From assembly GCA_951406725.2 (NCBI GenBank), contig OX597818.1, positions 122,822,001 through 122,886,000 of the forward strand: a stretch of 64,000 nt of DNA, in the 5' to 3' direction. The translations under genes were made by a program, and so were the position numbers. Positions 1-11,368 of the stretch are shown here, in pieces; the stretch's first letter is position 1, and each line of letters begins with the position of its first letter. The stretch comes from Octopus vulgaris (lineage: Eukaryota). The notes under the pieces are model-generated. The model was not told the origin of the DNA and searched no databases. It saw nothing but the letters and a program-made list of their open reading frames with translations.

Positions 1-258
1 AGTGTTCGACTCGACACTTTTCCAGCAGCTTCTGCAACCAAGTTCGTGCCAAACGTAATGATCTGCACTCCTTTGGACTACGTCAGCAAGGTCAAGATAG
101 GAGTCCTGATGATTGGGCTACCCAGGACTTTCTTACATCTAGTCAAACCTGCGCAAAACTGGAGAGGAAATGAAATGTAAAAACCAGACTGGATTAGTCT
201 ATGCGCAACTCCATTGTCACCCAAGACGAAAGGATGCCAACAACAACAACAACAACAA
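1..258 (+). mobile_element. Probable 3' end of a non-LTR retroelement with a (CAA)n tail
   Basis: Relatively GC-rich stretch ending in ccaacaacaacaacaacaacaa; family not recognised. Confidence 0.3.
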
Positions 259-589
259 AGAGACCGAACAGCGGAATAAATATTAAACCGTAAAGAACAG
301 AAATATAACTTTATGGATAGAATCCTTCGTCGAAATAAGAATAAATGTTTATTTGAGTGGCGGAATTGTGTTGCCTTGAATTGAACTGTCTTCCTTCGTT
401 CTGTTTCTCTGCTCTGTCTTTCTGTTCATTATGTGTTGTTATTGGACTTTTTATTAGGAACATTTTAGATTTTGTGTTGACCCTTTCTCTTTATTTTTCT
501 TTTGCAAGCATGGCAAAAAAAACAAACACTATTGGAATGGCAAATTGTCACCCCCCAATCAGTGAGAAAAAACTTTAATGAGAGTTCGG

Positions 590-693
590 TGGTGTTGAGG
601 TCATATTGAACTCAAATTGAAAGTAAAGACGGACGAACTGCTGCTAAGCATTTTATCCGGCATGCTAATGATTCAGCCAGCTCACTACCTTTA
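590..693 (-). mobile_element. Degenerate SINE family B head
   Basis: Reverse complement taaggtagtgagctggctgaatcattagcatgccggataaaatgcttag matches the SINE head at 7310. Confidence 0.65.
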
Positions 694-1695
694 CCTTCCA
701 AAATTCTGAAGAAAAATATTGCATTATCAACTTGAGGTTAACTATATTTAGTATTGTTAATATAAAATTAGTATCTATTAATATTAATGGATTCCTATTC
801 TTGGTCGAAATTCCAACATAAATGTCGAATTTTAGATATAATTAGATGGGTTTTTAATCCCGGAAATATTCAGAATTACATAGCTAGCGGTCTTAATTGT
901 GCGGGTACATTGTCGCTTTTCTATAATATGGAAAATAAAATCATGTCGTAAAGATTTCGACCTGGTTCTATATCCTAATTTTTTATCTTACATTTTTTTC
1001 TTATACTTCAATGTTGACTTCGTTTTCTCCTTTGTAATATGTGCTATTTTTTTCTCATTCATATTATAAAACAGCCTGAAAGACTATATATATTATTTTA
1101 TATAGTAGCAGTACATAGTATAAATGAAATGGAGAAGTCATCCACTATATGAGTGTGGGAATAAGGAAATCTATACACGCAACGAAAATCCGGCTCAATA
1201 GTGCCCTCTATAATCCACTCCGATACCTAGCATACTAAGACACGGAGAACCAAAATCGGGATGAGCTAGACTGCGGAATACGAGCAAAATTAATTCATTC
1301 GGCATTATTAATAAAGTATTTGGTGTCGAGAATTTAGTAATGTTAGTAATAGTCTTCGTCAATATAACTGTAAGAAAATATATTTTGAAACGTTTCGTTT
1401 AAATATTCCAATGTTATTTGCAGTCTATAACACTGATAGGTTTTAAATTTTAAATATAACAAATTGCACATTTCCCACCTGCCATACACGAAACACAAAC
1501 AAATTTTCATGTGCTCTTATAAAACAAACTGAATATGTGTCTATATTTGTTTGTGAGTGTGTATGTGTGAGTGAGTGTGTGTGTGCATGTGTGTGTATAC
1601 AGGCATGTATATGTATGGCGTGTATATAAATATATGTTGCATGTAGTATATACATACACACGCACACACACACATATGTATTTATATATGTATCT

Positions 1696-1774
<79 letters not shown>

Positions 1775-1800
1775 TAAGAGAGATAGATAGATAGACAGAT
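1696..1800. repeat. (TAGA)n microsatellite
   Basis: Direct inspection. Confidence 0.95.
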
Positions 1801-1854
1801 AGACAGGCAGAAAGATAGACACATAAACAGAAAGGTAGATAGTTAAGACAGATA

Positions 1855-2240
1855 TTCTTTTATTTGACGGCGGCCATGATGGAGCACCGCTTTGATGACT
1901 TTTAGCCCAACAAATCTACCCAAAGACTTACGTTTTAAGCATCTCATTTATGCTATCAATCTCTTTTGCCGAAAAGCTAGATGCGGTGACGTAAGCACAC
2001 CAACACCGGTTGTCAAGCGGTGATCTGGTGACAGACACAAAGACACGCACAAACACACACACAAACCCCCACACACAAACACACACATACGATGGGCTTT
2101 TTCACTTTCCGCCTACCAAACTTACGACGCTTCGTTCAACTCGAGGCTATAGTAGAAGACACTTGCCCAAGATACCACGAATGACATTGAACCCGGTACA
2201 ATACAATTCGGAAGCAAGCTTCACACCACACAGTCTCTTC
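1855..2240 (-). mobile_element. tRNA-derived SINE family A (octopus OR-like), degenerate
   Basis: Colinear with the intact copy at 43905-44321 (cggccatg.tggagcaccgc; ggctatagtagaagacacttgcccaag). Confidence 0.85.
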
Positions 2241-2270
2241 TGTGTGTATATATATATATACATACTCATA

Positions 2271-2765
2271 CACGTGGACTGATCAATAAGTATCCGGACT
2301 GTTGCTATAGTAACGAAGCTAAAGTACACAGAGTAAAGTCGCTTGGCACAGATTCATTCTGGACGCTGTTGCGCATGCGCACTAAGTTTTAACCTTTTAG
2401 TTCACTTCCGCTGTTCACACCAATGCATGGAAAGAAGGTGTATCATTGACCATGTCAGAGGAAGTTGAACAGAGAATCTGCATTAAATTTTGCCAAACCC
2501 TTGCGATAACTACTCAGAAGCCGACACAAAGTTCTCAACACAATAAAGAACTTGTGCAATTGAAATCCGAGTGCTTATTAGTCAGCTAAACGTAGTTTTT
2601 GCACAAACTTTGCAGATCTGCATGTCATGCCTATATCTTCATTGATAATGGACTGAACTAAACCGTAACTAATCTGCACGTCCTCTGACGGATGGGTATT
2701 CGACGATTTCCCCCCACAGCTGCATGTACATCTGCGATATTTTTCTCACTTCTGCTGGTTGCGGG
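2271..2765 (+). mobile_element. Rearranged mariner fragment: terminus and transposase N-terminus, then an inverted internal piece
   Basis: Terminus ctgatcaataagtatccggactgttgctatagtaacgaagctaaa matches the ends of 11369-12388; MSEEVEQRICIKFCQ on +; about 2580-2765 is the reverse complement of the region homologous to 11730-12040. Confidence 0.75.
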
Positions 2766-2829
2766 ATAGATACATATATATGTATGTATATATGCATTTA
2801 TATACATTATTTATATTATTATACAATCC

Positions 2830-3460
2830 AATGCCACGCATCCATTTCCAAGTAAGTTATCTTGATAATTCTGATGCGACACTTTATAACTATCCTATCA
2901 CTATCTCAATTCTGCTCTTTTATTCTTCTTTCCGTTTCTCTCCCACCTTTTTCTCTTATTCTCCTCCCCTTCACCGTTCTCTTACTCACCCTTACTCTTC
3001 ATCCTTGACTCCCTCGTTGCTCACTAGTGACCAGAGACTAACTTTACTTCCCCTTGCCTTTCAAGAGACAACACGCATTTTTGCCAGTCTCATGTCAAAG
3101 CTCGTTTCTCCAGCGTTAACCACTTCACCTCGTTATGGATTAACAGCCGTTACCATTTGTTTTTACTGTTTTGTTCTTTCTGTCTTTTTTGGTATCACTT
3201 TAACCCTCCGCAAGTCCCAAATTTTGTTTAATTTTCTTTACGGGAACAACTGTTTTAACGAAGATGCGTCTTGCCCCAAGCGTTCGAACGCGGAGTAGAT
3301 AAAACAGGCGGCAACTGATGAAGGGATTGTTCTTTATGTCGCCTGTCTCGTTTCTCTATTTGTTTCTTTCGTTGTTCGAAAAAAATTTCGTGTTCCATAT
3401 TTTGTTTTTCCTGTTCTCGTTTTACATGTTCTTCACGTTTGTTTGACACCCTGTACCTAT
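2830..3460 (+). mobile_element. Non-coding pyrimidine-rich repeat, same family as 9590-10150; possibly Penelope-derived
   Basis: ggagtagata.a.cagc.g.caactgatgaag.g shared with the reverse complement of 9690-9730. Confidence 0.5.
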
Positions 3461-3497
3461 ATATGCATGTAGGTATGTACATATATGTATGTATATA

Positions 3498-3499
<2 letters not shown>

Positions 3500-3560
<61 letters not shown>
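3500..3560. repeat. (TA)n microsatellite
   Basis: Direct inspection. Confidence 0.95.
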
Positions 3561-3565
<5 letters not shown>

Positions 3566-3748
3566 GTTGAATGAATTATCCTAGTATGGATAATTCGGTT
3601 AACCGATACCTGGGTAGCAAATTCACTTCAGAAAAACACGGTTGAAGCCACATGCCAAGGGCAGAGATCACGTGCTTTCGTGTGGAAAGTTGTGTGTTTC
3701 TTAATACAAATAAATGAAAGAATGGAGTTGAACGACGATTTAACAAAA

Positions 3749-3847
3749 TTCCTTTATTCTCGACATATGTTTCAAAGCCTGCATATTCCTAATTTCGAAG
3801 GAATAAGGGGTGCATTATGCTGCCTTCTCATCAGGAGAGACAAGGAA
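3749..3847 (-). ncRNA. Type I hammerhead ribozyme, mirror copy on the minus strand
   Basis: Reverse complement: ttccttgtctctcCTGATGAgaaggc...gcaggctttGAAACatatGTCgagaataaaggaa; core intact, two changes in stem II. Confidence 0.8.
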
Positions 3848-3970
3848 CTTATGTCAGCATCAAGATGAACAAAAACTCTTAGATGACTGCCCACTCGGAG
3901 TCCATAGCGATAATGGACTCTGAGTGGGCAGTTATCTAAGAGTTTTTGTTCATCTTGATGCTGACATAAG

Positions 3971-4069
3971 TTCCTTGTCTCTCCTGATGAGAAGGCAGCA
4001 TAATGCACCCCTTATTCCTTCGAAATTAGGAATATGCAGCCTTCGAAACATATGTCGAGAATAAAGGAA
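3971..4069 (+). ncRNA. Type I hammerhead ribozyme
   Basis: Stem I tctc(3980-83)/gaga(4057-60), extended by ttcctt/aaggaa; core CTGATGA 3984-3990; stem II gaaggc...gccttc; GAAAC 4045-4049; palindromic stem III ACATATGT; GTC cleavage triplet ending at 4056. Confidence 0.88.
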
Positions 4070-4194
4070 TTTTATTAAATCGTCGTTCAACTCTATTCTT
4101 TCATTTATTTATATGTATATATATATATTATTTATCTTATATGATTGAACGCCACGCATACATTTCCAAGCATATATATATATAAAAATATATA

Positions 4195-4273
<79 letters not shown>
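4195..4273. repeat. (GT)n microsatellite
   Basis: Direct inspection. Confidence 0.95.
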
Positions 4274-4275
<2 letters not shown>

Positions 4276-4592
4276 TTCACTTGCTTCACTCTTTAGGCTG
4301 ATGCTATACTGGAAAGCAAACCTCTTGCCGCACAGCAACAGGTGTTCACCTGAAAGTTGTTAGCTCTCAATGTATGACACTGTAATTCATAAAAAGAGGA
4401 AGAAAATTAATTTAATAATAGCCTCATTTCACTTGTATTTTCTGAAATCTCAATACTTTGATGCCTATCAGTTTAAATGATACACAAAATATTTTTGAGA
4501 AGGCAACAGCATTTTAAAGAAAGAGTCATGTATTTATGTACCAAATATCTTCTAGATCATGTGAGATAGTGAATGTCAACTACTCACTATCA

Positions 4593-4905
4593 CCGGATGG
4601 CTTAGTGGTTAGAGTGTCGGGTTCCAATCATGAGATAGTTAGTTTGATTCCTAGACTGAGATGTGTGCTGTGTTCTTGAGCAAGACACCTTATTTCACGT
4701 TGCTCCAATTCACTCAACTTTAGAAATCAGTTGCGACATCACTGATGCTTTTGCTTTCACCATGGATAACGTCAGTTGCGTGGAGAGGGGGGAGCCGACT
4801 GCTTGTCTTCCATAAACAACCTTGCTCAAACTTGTGCCCCGGAGGAGAACTTTCTAGGTACCGTCCCATGATCATTCGTAACCGAAAGAGGTCTTTACCC
4901 TTTTA
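4593..4905 (+). mobile_element. tRNA-derived SINE family C (Meta-like core)
   Basis: A box tggcttagtggtt, B box gtttgattcc, then gtgttcttgagcaagacacc-ttatttcacgttgctcca. Confidence 0.8.
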
Positions 4906-5635
4906 ATCTATATCGGAATTGCATCTTCGTCAAGCATTTTTATGTTACCTGCAATGAGTCTGCTGTTTGGGCATTATAAAAATGAATCAAACGATATGCT
5001 AATCACTCCTCTGCCTGATACTATATCTACGAACTTGTTACATACAGTTTTACATAATCATAGCTGACCTGGAGGTAAATAACAATGATATCAACTAGTA
5101 ACATATTTGATTGAGCTCATATCAATATATAACGTAAAAGTGTTTTGCTTCTTTTGGAGGTATAATATTTTAACCGTTTTGTAACAAGGGTAAAAATATT
5201 TTAACTCGAATTCAAAACCTACAGCAGCAGACACATATACCTTTCTCTTAAAATAATGTAACAGCATAACTGAAGACATCGGCTACTGTCATTGCGGCAA
5301 GGTATATAATACCTAAAATCCTCACTAAGAGAAAAAAAGTTATGGCAAAATATTTATATGACAGTGTGGCTGCAATATAATAATATTTCCTTGTATCTAG
5401 AGGTTTCCATAATCATTGTCAACCATACATTTCAAATATTAGAACGTAAAAACATATTTTTATATATTTGTTGACGTTTTATTTTATTGTGAAAAGAACA
5501 CTAGAAACCAGGATAATATATATGTGCGTAAGTGTTAGTATATATATGTATGTATATCATTATTCTGTTTTGTTTCAAGATTTCTTGCCAATAAGGAAAG
5601 AGCTGGTTTCTTACCTAGATCCAAGGCTTCCTTCA

Positions 5636-5901
5636 CTGGAATTTCAACATCAACAACTGATGTTGTATGTATGTATGCGTGTATGTATGTATATGTGCAA
5701 CTTTGTATGTTTTGTTTTATGTATGTATTCTCAGGCATATAGTTGCATATCTAGACATGCTCATATATATTTAAATGATAAATGACTGGAAAGTTTTACA
5801 GATTTTTACAGTTCCAGAGATGAACTAGATGTGTAGTCTTCGAATTAACTTTCTCCTTTCTGGTTTTCATAAGCCTAATTTCTCAAGATCGGTATTTAAG
5901 G
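5636..5901 (+). mobile_element. Unclassified dispersed repeat (second copy at 53572-53842)
   Basis: Colinear with 53572-53842, e.g. gcatatagttgcatatctagacatgctcatatatatt and aagcctaatttct. Confidence 0.75.
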
Positions 5902-6011
5902 CCCCACTAATTACAGGTGTAAACCTGAACTTGTAATCTGGATAAATTAACTGCAGATTTCTCAGTAGTTCAGCGTAGGTATTCTTTTTTTCACTAATCG
6001 TCAGCTTTACG

Positions 6012-6131
6012 TATGTATGTATGTATGTATGTATGTATGTATGTATGTATGTATGTATGTATGTATGTATGTATGTATGTACGTATGTATGTATGTATGT
6101 ATGTATGCATGCATATATGTATGTATGTATG
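6012..6131. repeat. (TATG)n microsatellite
   Basis: Direct inspection. Confidence 0.95.
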
Positions 6132-6559
6132 CAAGGTGGGTCTTAGGAGATGCGGGGACCAATTGGGAACAATTTTGGTGGGCCCTAGGTTCCCAGTCAA
6201 CTTGCACCTCGGAAATTCCCTCCCCACCATCTTGGAGTTTTTTTTTTTTTCCTTGTTTGTTTTCAGGTCCTATCAACTAATCTCTCATCGTAATATACTG
6301 CAGAGGACTTTTACCCCTTTCTGGCATATTAGGTGATCAGAATAGTGCCTGTTTTGTATGTTTTATAACTGCTATTTTTAGTATACTAAGCAGCCACCTC
6401 ACGGAGGCGCTGCCTTTCAGTTTATTTAAAACAGAGTGTTTTGTGTACTGTAGATCTATAACCAATTTCTTAACAACTAAATTCTATGGAAAATGAATGT
6501 TCACAAGCAAAATGATTCATAAATATACAAGTATATATTTATTCAAAATAAGTTAATAC

Positions 6560-7305
6560 TTTAGTGTTAATTTCAAGTCTGGCGGTTGGTGCTGCTCTAC
6601 TAATTTTAAAATATTCTACTACGTTGTCAATGATAATCGAAAATCACCTTTTTTCTTTAGAATGTCGGATTCGATTACAAGCTTTTGACAGTAAGTTAGT
6701 GACAAGGCTGAACCATATTCAACAAGGTAGGATAAAAGAAAAGCAGTAAAGTACAACTGCGCTTCCCCACCAGAATAGAGGATACTTTGTAGCAGTATCA
6801 TTTCTTTTCCATACATTGTGTTCTCCATCTTTAAATCTTGCCTGAAATATTTCATCATTCAGCATTTCAAAGAGATTCTCATGCAAACAGATATCTACAT
6901 CAGCAATATCAACTTCAAAAGGAAATGTCACCCAACGTGGTATATTTAACTTCAGCTGGTCGTTAAACTGAGTTTGAATATCATTATGCAAATTTTTCAA
7001 ACGTTCAGTATACAAAGTCATCATCATGCAGATTACTGTTAATTGATTCCAAACTAGGAAATTATAAGAATACACAACATACAATATTTATTTTCTAGAG
7101 CAGTAATTTCCCTAGAAAAGCAGTAATAGCTCCTTTGGAGGATAGATCAGTATTTTCTCCTTGAAGCTGTTTGTTAATCAAATTAATTTTATCAATTATA
7201 TCTGACAAAATATATCAAAATATATCTGATAAAATATATCACATTTAGCTGACACCATTTGTTGGCTGAGATTGTTGTTAGCCAGGAATGAGACAATAGT
7301 GTACC
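6560..7305 (-). mobile_element. hAT (Charlie/ZBED8-SCAND3-like) transposase C-terminal pseudogene fragment
   Basis: Frameshifted motifs DKINLINKQLQG, LKNLHNDIQTQFND, IPRWVTFPF, KYPLFW, SYLVEYG, KGDFRLSLT, typical of the hAT C-terminal dimerisation region. Confidence 0.8.
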
Positions 7306-7309
7306 AAAG

Positions 7310-7833
7310 TAAGGCGGCGAGCTGGCAGAAACATTAGCACGCCGGGCGAAATGCTTAGCGGTATTTCATTTGCCGCTACGTTCTGAGTTCAAATTCCACC
7401 GAGGTCGACTTTGCCTTTAATCCTTTCGGGGTCGATTAAATAAGTACTAGTTACGCACTGGGGTCGATATAATCGATTTCATCCGTTTGTCTGTCCTTCT
7501 TTGTCCTCTCTGTGTTTAGCCCCTTGTGGGTAGTAAAGAAATAGATATTTCGTCTGCCGTTACGTTCTGAGTTCAAATTCCACCAAGGTCGACTTTACCT
7601 TTCATCCTTTCGGGGTCGATTAAATAAGTACTAGTTACGCACTGGGGTCGATATGATCGATTTCATCCGTTTGTCTGTCCTTGTTTGTCCTCTGTGTTTA
7701 GCCCCTTGTGGGTAGTAAAGAAATAGGTATTTCGTCTCTTTATGTTCTGAGTTCAACTTTGAGGTCGACTTTGTCTTTCATCCTTTCGGGGTCGATAAAT
7801 TAAGCATCAGTTGCATACTGGGTTTGATCTAAT
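7310..7833 (+). mobile_element. SINE family B (Nin/Deu-like core) with about 2.6 tandem copies of its ~183-bp body
   Basis: Head taaggcggcgagctggcagaa; units start at about 7361, 7545 and 7727, each with gttcaa and gtcgacttt.ccttt.atcctttcggggtcgat. Confidence 0.85.
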
Positions 7834-7862
7834 TTAAATATAAAAAGCGGTATGTAGATGTG

Positions 7863-7894
<32 letters not shown>

Positions 7895-8149
7895 AGTGTC
7901 TGTGTGTGTGTGTGCGTGCGTGCGTGTATGTGCGTGTATGTACAATGGGAATGGGATGGTGAACGGTCAACTGTGTAAAGGAAAATGAAATAGTGTTTCA
8001 ACACTCTGTGAGTATGTGTGTGCGTGTGTGTGTGCGTGTACAAGTGAAGTAGGTGATTGTTTGTATCTGTGATTATTATGTACCTTATTTATATATAAAA
8101 TATTGCAATTAGCCGTCATTTTTGACGGTACGGGGCCCGCCGGTAATTA

Positions 8150-8730
8150 TATGAAGGTTACACTGTTGCTGAAGAATCCCATGTTAACTCGCCGAAAATA
8201 CAATTTGAAATGAGTGGTGCAGCCGAATGAACAGGTTAAAAAATAAGCAAATAGAAAATCAAATACAATAACAAATGTTTGAGGAAATAAACTGGTCAGT
8301 AAGAAAATTGAAGGAAGAGGTCAAATATTTGTGAGTGGGTGAGTGTCTAGATTTGGTAAGAATGAAAAAAATGAGTGGGGACGGAAAAGGGGGCGGTTAG
8401 TGTAGATGGATGCCGACTTTATGGGAAGGGCCTTTGTGAATAATAAGCTGAGGAAACTGTACTATGTCTATAGTAAACAGATAGTTTGGCGCACCCATGC
8501 GTAAATATTTATACAGAATAAAACGAAAAATTTTAGAAGAGATGGAGTGGTCAAGAATAAGAAAACAAAGGAAGAATTCAAACATTTAGGAGTGGAAGTT
8601 GGATGGACTTGTCAGGAAAGAAGAAAAGGAAGGATGAGTAAAAGACGGAGATATGAGTTGGAAGATGTAGTCTTTAAGAGGGGAACATAGTATTCATAAT
8701 TGGGCGCTTAGTACTTCACAGTAAATATTA
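8150..8730 (-). mobile_element. Highly degenerate Penelope-like RT fragment
   Basis: Minus-strand peptides RPIMNT, LFTIDI...PSHKVGI and RVNMG appear in the order expected for PLE RT (RPIVS, LFTMDIxSLYT.IPH, GVAMG). Confidence 0.4.
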
Positions 8731-8973
8731 CATAAAAAGTCGCCTGCTCGCCTCACACACGTACACTCATATTGCACCGATAGTGTCAGCATATGTATGC
8801 ACGTACACATACAATGAGCTCACAAAGTTAAGAAAATATACAAACACAATATATGTTACAGTTCTATATTTAAGAGATGAGGAATTATGTACATTATTTA
8901 CATTATTAACAACAAACAAGATGAAGACAAATATACGTCAAATGTAAATAATGTAAATAACAAAAATAATGTA

Positions 8974-9012
<39 letters not shown>

Positions 9013-9066
9013 GATGTCGGTATGTACATATATGTATGTATGCATATGTTTTATTTATTATTTTGT

Positions 9067-9103
<37 letters not shown>

Positions 9104-9104
<1 letters not shown>

Positions 9105-9310
9105 TTAATCCACACATGAAAACACAAAGAGGAAACACAACAACGCGAGGACGTGGAACAAATGTAGTATTATTCGACGCTCAGGAAGGACGGGAAGAAG
9201 GAGGGTTTAACGTCTCGAGCGGAGCTCTTCGTCGGAAACATAGGAGAAGGAAAGATCCAGAGAAGGGAAGACAGAGGAAAAAATCGCCAACGGTACACAC
9301 GCGGTCACAT
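9104..9310 (-). mobile_element. Short non-autonomous element with a minimal hammerhead-like motif (same family as 58207-58415)
   Basis: Reverse complement gtttCCGACGAagagctccgctcGAGACgttaaac at 9205-9239; colinear with 58207-58415. Confidence 0.7.
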
Positions 9311-9312
9311 TT

Positions 9313-9524
9313 TGAGTGTGTGTATGTTTGTCCCCACACCGTCACGTGACAACCGCTGCTGGTGTATTTATATCCCCGTAAATTAGCATTTCGGCAAAAA
9401 AGAGACCGATGGAATAAGTACTAGACTTACAAAGTCCTGGGAGAGATTTCTTCGACTAAAAGCCTTTAAGGCGGTGTTCCAACATGGCCGCAGTCAAATG
9501 ACTGAAACAAATAGAAAACTATAA

Positions 9525-9528
<4 letters not shown>
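9313..9528 (+). mobile_element. SINE family A, 3' half
   Basis: tcggcaaaaaagagaccgat...aaggcggtgttccaacatggccgcagtcaaatgactgaaac. Confidence 0.85.
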
Positions 9529-9560
<32 letters not shown>

Positions 9561-9589
9561 GTGTGTGTATGTTTGTGTGTGTGTGTGCA

Positions 9590-10150
9590 GGACGTCACCA
9601 ACATTTAACAACATGAAATATGAAAGCAAATGAGTTAAATACGCAAATTACGAAGGAGAAAAAAGGACAAGTAATACAAAGAAAGACTCTTCATCAGTTG
9701 TCGGCTGTCTATCTACTCCCCATTTCGAGCAATCATTGACAATATGAATCTTCAAAGAGAGTTGCTCCCATAAATACCAAAATTAAATTTGGGATTATGC
9801 AGGATCAAAGTTACGAACAAAAGCAGAACGGTCGAGATATACAAGGAAACCGAACGAAAACTAACATGGAAGCTCGTTAGACCTGAACGAGGGGAAATAG
9901 TGAACGCTGAGAAAAATATTTTCTTTGATAAAAGAAAGAGATTGGAGACTTCCAGTCCTTAGCACGTCCGTGCAGAACGTGAGGGAAAGAAAGATGAACG
10001 ATGGTCACGTGTGAGTAACGAGAGAGAGAATAAGAGAAAGTCTGTAAGAGAGTGACAGATAGAAAACGGTGAAACGGAGAGAAAGGGAATTAGAGAGTAT
10101 AGGGGAGAAAACACGATAGAGTAGAGCCGCATCAAAAAGATTAAGATAAA
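9590..10150 (-). mobile_element. Non-coding repeat, same family as 2830-3460
   Basis: Shared motif and shared purine/pyrimidine asymmetry. Confidence 0.5.
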
Positions 10151-10169
10151 TGTATGTACGTCTGTTTTA

Positions 10170-10398
10170 TGTACATGTGTATGTTTGTGTGTCTATGTTT
10201 GTCCCCCCACCCAGCATCGCTTGACAACAGATACTGGTGTGTTTACGTTGCCGTAACTTAGCAGTTTAGCAAAATATGCCAATAGAATAAGTACTAAGAT
10301 TACAAAGAGTGAGTCCTGGGGTCGATGTGTTCGACTAAAGACGGTGGTCCAGCATGGCCGCACTGAAATGACTGAAACTTGTAAAATAATAAAAGAAT
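10170..10398 (+). mobile_element. SINE family A, 3' half
   Basis: Matches the family A tail. Confidence 0.85.
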
Positions 10399-10410
10399 AT
10401 ATATATATAT

Positions 10411-10629
10411 GTGGGTGTGTGGTAAGTAGCTTGTTTACCAACCACATGGTTCCGGGTTCAGTAGCTTGTTTACCAACCACATGGTTCTGGGTTCAGTCCC
10501 ACTGCGTGGCACCTTGGGCAAGTGTCTTCTACTTTAGCCTCGGGCCAAGCAAAGCCTTGTGAGTGGATTTGGTAGACGGAAACTGAAAGAAGCTCGTCGT
10601 ATATATGTATACACACACACACACATATA

Positions 10630-10688
<59 letters not shown>

Positions 10689-10919
10689 GCGTGTGTATGT
10701 TTGTGTGTCTGTGTTTGTCCCCCTAGCATTGCTTGACAACAGTTGCTGGTGTGTTTATGTTCCCGTTACTTAACGGTTTGGCAAAAGAGACCGATAGAAT
10801 AAGTACTGGGCTTACAAAAGAATAAGTCCCGGAGTCGAGTTGCTCGATTAAAGGCGGTGCTCCAGCATGGCTGCAGTCAAATAACTGAAACAAGTAAAAG
10901 AGTAAAAGTGTAAGAGAGA

Positions 10920-10920
<1 letters not shown>
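10411..10920 (+). mobile_element. SINE family A, near full length, with a 35-bp duplication in the head
   Basis: gtgtggtaag A box, ggttcagtccc B box, ccttgggcaagtgtctt core, tail gcagtcaaataactgaaacaagtaaaagag. Confidence 0.92.
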
Positions 10921-10974
<54 letters not shown>

Positions 10975-11368
10975 AAAGTTACAGAAAAACAAAAGACGAA
11001 GACAGCTGAAAGTCTATTGCGTTTCGACGCTCCTGAACATATAGGAATAAGAGAAAATAAACAGAGGGAATATAAAAAAGAGCCGACATACCGATCTAAC
11101 CACGTATATATCGAAACGTTTCCAGCAATTTCTTCATAATTTCTATCGCTTTAAGCCAGGAAGATTTACGTAATGGATGCATTTCCTATGATATATTACA
11201 CAAACCTGAAACGTGCTTATTAAGTTACTTCAAAATATCACTAGCTAGTTTTACTTCATTATTACAACGTTACCGAGCACCATATTAATACATTGCTTGT
11301 GCTTCATGCTCAGGTTTGTTTCTTTTTTCCTTTTCTTCTTTTTTTCTCTCTAGTTTTTGTATTGATTA

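Larger units (their letters stand above)
3708..4110. repeat. Near-perfect palindrome with about 198-bp arms and a 7-nt loop centred at 3909
   Basis: 3708-3905 is the reverse complement of 3913-4110 with only a few substitutions; centre ccat-agcgata-atgg. Confidence 0.97.

Noticed and set aside
720-1440. Possible Penelope RT remnant on the minus strand (FSYSYIDED)
   Set aside because: Only one degenerate motif; too weak to call
2759-3298. 179-aa ORF
   Set aside because: Low-complexity pyrimidine-rich repeat sequence with no recognisable domain; starts in a microsatellite
3280-3345. CTGATGA as a hammerhead core (also in the reverse complement of 9690-9730)
   Set aside because: No downstream GAAA closing a stem II and no convincing stems I and III
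7361-7833. CRISPR-like array
   Set aside because: Eukaryotic context; whole units repeat with no unique spacers
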